In this document: in pieces, positions 58,421 to 64,000 of the stretch | How positions within the stretch are numbered: position 1 is the first letter of the stretch | How the letters are laid out: the number at the start of each line of letters is the position of its first letter | Origin: an uncultured Bacteroidales bacterium | GTDB taxonomy: Bacteria > Bacteroidota > Bacteroidia > Bacteroidales > Bacteroidaceae | Length of the DNA: 64,000 nucleotides | Assembly (NCBI GenBank): GCA_902802265.1 | Contig: CADCLN010000023.1 | Coordinates: 4,116 to 68,115, forward strand | Reading direction: 5' to 3' | The notes under the pieces: model-generated | The model's input: only the letters and a program-made list of their open reading frames with translations | Told to the model about the DNA's origin: nothing | Databases searched by the model: none | Translations under genes and position numbers: made by a program

Positions 58421-58900
58421 ATGAAGCGCATACTCTTGTTAACACTTTGGTGCGTCGCCGCGACAACATTCGCACAGCTGCCCAAAGTAAATGTTAAAGA
58501 CATCAGCGGAAAGGCTGTCTGCACCGATACGCTTTCGAATGGCGGCAAGCCGTTCATCATCGATTTCTTTGCCACATGGTGCAAACCCTGTAACCGTGAA
58601 CTCGATGCCATTCGCGAAGTCTATGAAGACTGGCAGGCAGAGACTGGAGTGAAAATCTTTGCCGTAAGCATTGATGAGGGACAAAACATCAACAAAGTAA
58701 AGCCATTGGTTGATGCCCACAGCTGGGAATACGAAGTGCTGCTCGACCAGAACGGCGACTTCAAGCGTGCTTTGGGCATACAGATGATTCCCTACACGCT
58801 GATTGTTGATGGAAAAGGAAAAATAGTTTATCAACACAACGGTTATACAGATGGTGCTGAAGACGAGTTGATTGAAAAAGTCCGTGAACTGATTCAATAA
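58421..58900 (+). CDS. TlpA/redoxin-family periplasmic thiol-disulfide oxidoreductase
   Basis: 159 aa with a signal peptide. It has KPFIIDFFATWCKPCNRELD (CxxC). Confidence 0.85.
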   Translation: MKRILLLTLWCVAATTFAQLPKVNVKDISGKAVCTDTLSNGGKPFIIDFFATWCKPCNRELDAIREVYEDWQAETGVKIFAVSIDEGQNINKVKPLVDAHSWEYEVLLDQNGDFKRALGIQMIPYTLIVDGKGKIVYQHNGYTDGAEDELIEKVRELIQ

Positions 58901-58904
58901 ACAA

Positions 58905-60572
58905 ATGCTCATGATGGTCAAAACGAGGACTTGTAAGAATCTCCTTCTTTTGCTGTCATTTTTGTCCCTCGTGGCAAAAGCACAAGAAGAACAAAAAGGC
59001 ATTACGCTGAGTGGAAGCATTCAGAGTAATGTCCTTATTCCTCAAGAAGACAAAACCATTGGTGCTCCCGACTACAAAGACTGGGGGCTGACCAACACAT
59101 ACGCTGAACTTCACCTGCAGAGTCAAGCCGTCGATGCAGGTGTCCGATTGGAATACCTTGAACACCCGTTGCCTGGTTATGAAAAGGACTTTGCGGGGTG
59201 GGGTATTCCATACTTTTATGTCAAAGGGAAGCTGAAGTTTGCCGAATACACTTTGGGCGATTTCTACGAACAATTCGGTTCGGGTTTCATTCTCCGCACC
59301 TACGAAGAACGCAGTCTGGGCATTGACAACTCGCTGCGCGGCGGTCGGTTAACAATCAAGCCTGTAGCCGGAGTCACTCTGAAAGCCTTGACCGGTCGGC
59401 AACGTCGTTACTGGGAGCACAACAAAGCATGGGTTTCAGGTGCCGATGTGGAATTGAACCTCGACGAATGGTTTTCATCCCTTCGCCGCAGCAATACCTA
59501 CATCACATTGGGTGGCTCTTGGGTGAACAAACATGAAGACGACGAAGAAATCTTCTCCGAAAAACCTGACCACAAACTCAATCTGCCGCTCAATGTCAAC
59601 GCTTTCGATGTACGAGCCCGTCTCCAGCATGGAGGTTTCAGTGTCTTGGCAGAATATGCCCACAAAACACAAGACCCCAATTTCGACAATGGCTACATCT
59701 ACCGTCCAGGTAACGTAGCCATGCTTTCAGCCAGTTATTCCCAGCGTGGCATGAGCATCCTCTTGCAGGCAAAACGCAGCGACAACATGGGATTTCGCAG
59801 CCGTCGAACCATGAACGGCACATCCTCCATGATTAACCACCTGCCTGCTTTCACCCTGGAACACACATACGCTTTGGCAGCACGCTATCCCTACGCCACC
59901 AATCCCGATGGCGAATGGGCTTACCAGGCAGAGTTTGCCTACACTTTTAAGAAGAAAACCCCGCTGGGCGGCAAATATGGTACAGGCATCAAACTCAACT
60001 TCTCCCACATCCATAGCCTGAACACTACCCCCGACCTCCTGGAAGGCAAATACCTCAAAGGCAGCAACGGCTACACTTCACCCTTCTTCAAGTGGGGCGA
60101 CCAGGTATATTATCAGGACTTGAACGTCCAAGTCGAGAAGAAACTCTCCAGTAACTTCAAGTTCAATCTGATGTACATGAATCAATTCTACAACAAAACC
60201 GTCATCGAAGGCGAAGGTGGCATGATTCACAGCGACATCGTCATCGGAGAAGCCCAGTGGCGCATGGGTCGCAAACTCATTCTTCGAGGCGAACTGCAAT
60301 ACCTCTTCACCAAAGACGACGAAGGAGACTGGGCTTTTGCCCTTGCCGAACTCTCCCTCAATCCCCACTGGATGTTCACCCTGAGCGACGAATACAATGT
60401 GGGAAGCACCCATGTACACTACTATCAGGGACTTGTCACCTTCAACACCGGTGCACACCGATTCCAGTTAGGCTATGGCCGAACCCGTGCAGGTTTCAAC
60501 TGTTCAGGCGGAGTTTGCCGATACGTCCCAGCCAGCAGAGGATTGACAGCCTCATATAACTACAATTTCTAA
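58905..60572 (+). CDS. Predicted outer-membrane beta-barrel protein (DUF6029-like)
   Basis: 555 aa with a signal peptide. It is beta-rich with an aromatic terminus TASYNYNF. The family name is from memory. Confidence 0.65.
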   Translation: MLMMVKTRTCKNLLLLLSFLSLVAKAQEEQKGITLSGSIQSNVLIPQEDKTIGAPDYKDWGLTNTYAELHLQSQAVDAGVRLEYLEHPLPGYEKDFAGWGIPYFYVKGKLKFAEYTLGDFYEQFGSGFILRTYEERSLGIDNSLRGGRLTIKPVAGVTLKALTGRQRRYWEHNKAWVSGADVELNLDEWFSSLRRSNTYITLGGSWVNKHEDDEEIFSEKPDHKLNLPLNVNAFDVRARLQHGGFSVLAEYAHKTQDPNFDNGYIYRPGNVAMLSASYSQRGMSILLQAKRSDNMGFRSRRTMNGTSSMINHLPAFTLEHTYALAARYPYATNPDGEWAYQAEFAYTFKKKTPLGGKYGTGIKLNFSHIHSLNTTPDLLEGKYLKGSNGYTSPFFKWGDQVYYQDLNVQVEKKLSSNFKFNLMYMNQFYNKTVIEGEGGMIHSDIVIGEAQWRMGRKLILRGELQYLFTKDDEGDWAFALAELSLNPHWMFTLSDEYNVGSTHVHYYQGLVTFNTGAHRFQLGYGRTRAGFNCSGGVCRYVPASRGLTASYNYNF

Positions 60573-60598
60573 TTCCCTACACCTCCAAAACCGTCCCA

Positions 60599-61417
60599 AT
60601 GGCAAAAAGACACCTTCTCTCACTGCTATGCATACTCTGCTTGACGAGTTGTTCCCATGTCGATGTGGACGACCGCCTCATCTATGTCGAACCCCCAGTG
60701 GTCGAACCCGTTCAGGAAGACGACACCATCACCATCAAGCCCAGTGTGCTGATTGAAGACTTCACCGGACAACGCTGTGTCAATTGCCCCACAGCAGCCG
60801 AAGAGATTCAGCGTCTGAAGACACAATATGGCGACAGCACCATTGTGGCAGTAGGCATCCACAGCGGACCCCTTGCCGTCTTTCCCACCGACAAAGCTGT
60901 AGGTCTGCGTACCCAGCAAGGCGATGACTACTACCAGCATTGGAACATCGATGCCGAACCCGCAGGGCACATCAACCGCAACGGCACCATCTCCACACCC
61001 GACTTGTGGCAGACACAAGTCCGCAGCGCCCTGTCACAACCCGCCAACGTCAGCCTCCGTGCCACGTCGCACTACGATGCCGCCACACGCAGTCTTTCCA
61101 TTCAAGTGGAAATATTCAGTAAAATCTCCCTCACAGGCCACCTGCAAATATGGCTGACGGAAAGCGACATCATAGCCCTGCAAATGATGCCCAACGGGAA
61201 AGCCAATCGCGACTACGTCCACAACCACGTCTTCCGCACAGCAGTCAATGGTGCCTGGGGCGACCCCTGTTCACTCAGCGAAAAAGAAACCAAGACCCTC
61301 AGCTTTACAGCAACCATTGACCAACAGTGGATCCCCGAAAACCTCTCCGTAGTCGCCTTTCTCTACAACGACACAGGCGTTCTGCAAGTCACCGAAAACC
61401 ATCTTAAAACCCCATAA
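60599..61417 (+). CDS. Omp28-related lipoprotein with a thioredoxin-like CxxC
   Basis: 272 aa with lipobox CLTSC. It has LIEDFTGQRCVNCPTAAEE. Confidence 0.7.
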   Translation: MAKRHLLSLLCILCLTSCSHVDVDDRLIYVEPPVVEPVQEDDTITIKPSVLIEDFTGQRCVNCPTAAEEIQRLKTQYGDSTIVAVGIHSGPLAVFPTDKAVGLRTQQGDDYYQHWNIDAEPAGHINRNGTISTPDLWQTQVRSALSQPANVSLRATSHYDAATRSLSIQVEIFSKISLTGHLQIWLTESDIIALQMMPNGKANRDYVHNHVFRTAVNGAWGDPCSLSEKETKTLSFTATIDQQWIPENLSVVAFLYNDTGVLQVTENHLKTP

Positions 61418-61487
61418 ACATAACAACGTTATAACGTTATAACGATATAACGAAAAACCGTAACCCCCTAAAAACCTCAACATCCGA

Positions 61488-63734
61488 ATGAAAAAACTCC
61501 TTACCCTCTACCTCATGCTTCTGGCTGTGGCTCTCACCCTCAAAGCCCAGCAGCCAGCAGAATTTCGCTTTCATGGCAAACCCCTGGCAAACGGTGCCAC
61601 CGTCACACTCGACATGGAAGAAGACCCCTTCGAGATTGACCCGCCATACTTCTCTTCCAATCCATCGGAAGACCCCGAAAACGGCTTGGTCCTGGTCAAT
61701 CTGACCAACCAGCAACTGTCTGGCGCATCCATGCTGACCATACAGCAAAACACACTCACCACCAGCCCATTCCAGTGGTGCATGGGCGGTTCGTGTGAAC
61801 GATTCTACGACTCCCAGTATTCCAAAGACTTCACCCTCCCCGCAGGAGGACAAACCCAGGTGCAGTTCGATGTCTATCCCACAGCCGACGGCACACTCGA
61901 AGCAACCCTCGAAGTCATGATACAGCTGCGTCGCATCTCCGTCACCATCCGCTGCACCAACGTTCCCGACCAAGCCTGGTGGGGTAACTACACCGACGGC
62001 TCCACCCTCAAGTCCATAGGTTCGGGCGAAAAGGATTCCTACGACTGTGCCGTGCTCTATCGCCAGTCGCGTACCGAAATGTACGGATCCACTATTCACG
62101 GCGTCCGCTTCTACCTGAACGATAAAACCAACCTCTCCGATGTCAAGGTATGGATTTCATCCACTCGGCCCACATCTCCCGACAAGGCAGACATCACCTG
62201 CATCAATGTAGAAAACACCCTGCTGAAAGACTATGTTCACGACGGCGAAATGATTGAAGTCATGCTGCCGTCAGCCTACACCGTCGAGGGAGACGTTTAC
62301 GTCGGCTACTCCTTCAAGGTAAATGACAACGCCACCGACTACGACATACACCCCGTCCTCTACGCCTCAACAAAGATGGCAGACGGCTTCTGGCTGAAAC
62401 TCGGCAAAAACCCCTGGAGCAACTACACCTCATGGTACGGCAACCTCTCCACCCAACTGCTCATCAGCAACCCCAACCTGGGCACCCATGCCGTCTCTGT
62501 GGAAACCCTCACCAAGGCCATAGGCGTAAAATCGCAGCAGAGCATCGTGATGGCAACAGGTCTGGTCGATGGCTTGGCAGGAGTTTCCAGCCTCGACTAC
62601 GTCGTCAGCATCGACGGCACCCCGCAGGCTGAGCGCCACTACACGCTGCCCAACCCCATCACAGCCTACGGCAGCAGCTTCACCTTCCCCGTCGAATTTA
62701 CCGCACCCGCCACATCGGGTACCTACTCCTACGATTTGCAAATCACCCAGGTAAACGGACAGCCCAACGACGCAGAAATCACCAAAGCCACAGCAGCCAT
62801 GCTCACCCTCGACCGCAGTGCCCTTCGCCGCAGCGTGATGGAGGAATTTACAGGCACCTGGTGTGGATGGTGTCCACGCGGCATCGTCGGCATGGCCAAC
62901 CTTGAACGCGAATTTGGCGACCGCTTCATCGGCATAGCCATGCACGCCGACGACCCCATGAGCCAGAAATTCTACAACAACCTCCTCACCGACCGCTTCC
63001 CCAGCAGCCGCATCGACCGCACCATCGAGTGCGAACCCTACCTGGGCACCCTCCGCGGCACGCACTACGCCTCCGACCAAGACTTCCGCAGGGCCCTCGA
63101 AACACCCACCGAGGCAGAACTGCAACTCACAGCCACCTGGGTTGACGACGACTGCACACAGATTTCCCTCTCGGCCACAACCACCTTCCTCTACACCAAC
63201 GACCACGCCGCCTACAGCCTTGCCTACTTTATCACCGCCGACAGCATCACCGGCACAGCTGGCAAGTGGGCACAAGCCAACTACCTGCCAGGCAGCCAGT
63301 TCCGCGATGCCGACCTCGACTTCTTCCGTTCCGCCTCCGACCCCGTCGTTGACATGGTCTATAACCACGTAGCCATCGCCGGCAGTTCGGTGGGAATGGG
63401 CGACGACACAGCCATCGAATCATCCATCGTCAGCGGACAGGGAATCACGGCAGCCAAAACCATTACGCTGGACAACACCGCGCTCAGTCTCTTGAACGGC
63501 AACAAGAAAAACCTCCACGGCATCGTCCTCCTGCTCGACACCGAGACGGGCAAAGTGGTCAACGCCGTCAAAGCCGACGTGAAGCAGCGCATCACTATTG
63601 AAGACATCACCCAGCTCATCATGCTCTATCTGGAAGGCGCATCCGCCACCCCAGACACAGACATTGATGGCGACGGACAATTTACCGTCGGCGACATCAC
63701 CTCGCTCATCAACAATTACTTAATACAAAACTAA
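61488..63734 (+). CDS. Large secreted protein with an unknown N-terminal region, an Omp28-like CxxC domain and a C-terminal dockerin-like EF-hand pair
   Basis: 748 aa with a signal peptide. It has VMEEFTGTWCGWCPRGIVG (CxxC). The C-terminus reads ITIEDITQLIMLYLEGASATPDTDIDGDGQFTVGDITSLINNYLIQN. Confidence 0.75.
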   Translation: MKKLLTLYLMLLAVALTLKAQQPAEFRFHGKPLANGATVTLDMEEDPFEIDPPYFSSNPSEDPENGLVLVNLTNQQLSGASMLTIQQNTLTTSPFQWCMGGSCERFYDSQYSKDFTLPAGGQTQVQFDVYPTADGTLEATLEVMIQLRRISVTIRCTNVPDQAWWGNYTDGSTLKSIGSGEKDSYDCAVLYRQSRTEMYGSTIHGVRFYLNDKTNLSDVKVWISSTRPTSPDKADITCINVENTLLKDYVHDGEMIEVMLPSAYTVEGDVYVGYSFKVNDNATDYDIHPVLYASTKMADGFWLKLGKNPWSNYTSWYGNLSTQLLISNPNLGTHAVSVETLTKAIGVKSQQSIVMATGLVDGLAGVSSLDYVVSIDGTPQAERHYTLPNPITAYGSSFTFPVEFTAPATSGTYSYDLQITQVNGQPNDAEITKATAAMLTLDRSALRRSVMEEFTGTWCGWCPRGIVGMANLEREFGDRFIGIAMHADDPMSQKFYNNLLTDRFPSSRIDRTIECEPYLGTLRGTHYASDQDFRRALETPTEAELQLTATWVDDDCTQISLSATTTFLYTNDHAAYSLAYFITADSITGTAGKWAQANYLPGSQFRDADLDFFRSASDPVVDMVYNHVAIAGSSVGMGDDTAIESSIVSGQGITAAKTITLDNTALSLLNGNKKNLHGIVLLLDTETGKVVNAVKADVKQRITIEDITQLIMLYLEGASATPDTDIDGDGQFTVGDITSLINNYLIQN

Positions 63735-63750
63735 AACACAAAAACCATTT

Positions 63751-64000
63751 ATGAAGAAACTGAACCTCACCCTCTCCCTCCTGCTGCTGGCCCTGACAGC
63801 CGCCGCACAAAGCACCCAGTACGTCAATACCTGGATTAAAGTGAAAGCCGTGCCCGAATCCTCAGGCACCGTCACCGCCACCTTCTCGACGACAACGAAA
63901 CCAGCCTACGCAGCCGAAGTAGATGTAAACACCACCGCACCCACCTCCTTCGGCGACTTGCTCATGCTGGGAGTCTATACCGACCCCGCCGAGGGGTATG
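63751..64000 (+). CDS. Secreted hypothetical protein (5' part; runs off the right edge)
   Basis: ATG at 63751. The translation starts MKKLNLTLSLLLLALTAAAQ (signal peptide) and the frame stays open to the window end. Confidence 0.6.
   Translation, partial: MKKLNLTLSLLLLALTAAAQSTQYVNTWIKVKAVPESSGTVTATFSTTTKPAYAAEVDVNTTAPTSFGDLLMLGVYTDPAEGY

Overview
This 64-kb window looks like a chromosomal segment of a Bacteroidota genome, probably Prevotellaceae or Bacteroidales. That placement is an inference from four things: TTTG/TAnnTTTG promoter boxes, a SusC/SusD pair, BACON and Omp28-type lipoproteins, and gene content. No database search was possible.

Gene content:
- Housekeeping genes: feoAB (partial, missing from the ORF track), cysK, prs, an NfnAB/GltD-like fusion, an M61 peptidase, serS, a GT3 glycogen synthase plus glgP, htpG and clpC.
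- Glycoside hydrolases without an adjacent SusCD pair: GH3, GH2, a tandem GH43, GH43-CBM6 and GH95.
- A same-strand run from about 50.0 to 64.0 kb: SusC/SusD, a Zn-metallohydrolase lipoprotein, a DUF4302-like protein and a BACON protein, followed by three exported CxxC thioredoxin-fold proteins and a beta-barrel.

Most interesting non-genic signal:
- Five intergenic arrays contain 38 units in total, held in an exact 22-nt register. The units are GT(G/A)G-headed mini-hairpins built around GGCAAAGTTCTCCC or its reverse complement.
- Every array lies within about 100 nt of a gene 3' end.
- One array sits next to a single-copy IS200-like Y1 (RAYT-type) transposase gene that is flanked by about 105-bp inverted hairpin repeats.

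Other accessory signals:
- an OMP plus STAS-APH-kinase fusion operon
- a 10-bp-period TCTGTCAT iteron-like block
- large perfect palindromes
- a gene-decay zone with two internally deleted pseudogenes
- an AT-rich islet encoding a PD-(D/E)xK protein
- a promoter-driven structured leader or sRNA candidate of about 330 nt
- a second 22-nt repeat family, found upstream of susC and next to the RAYT gene

I recognised no rRNA gene, tRNA gene, CRISPR array, integrase or prophage. All family assignments rest on motifs I read in the translations. None was checked by a search.
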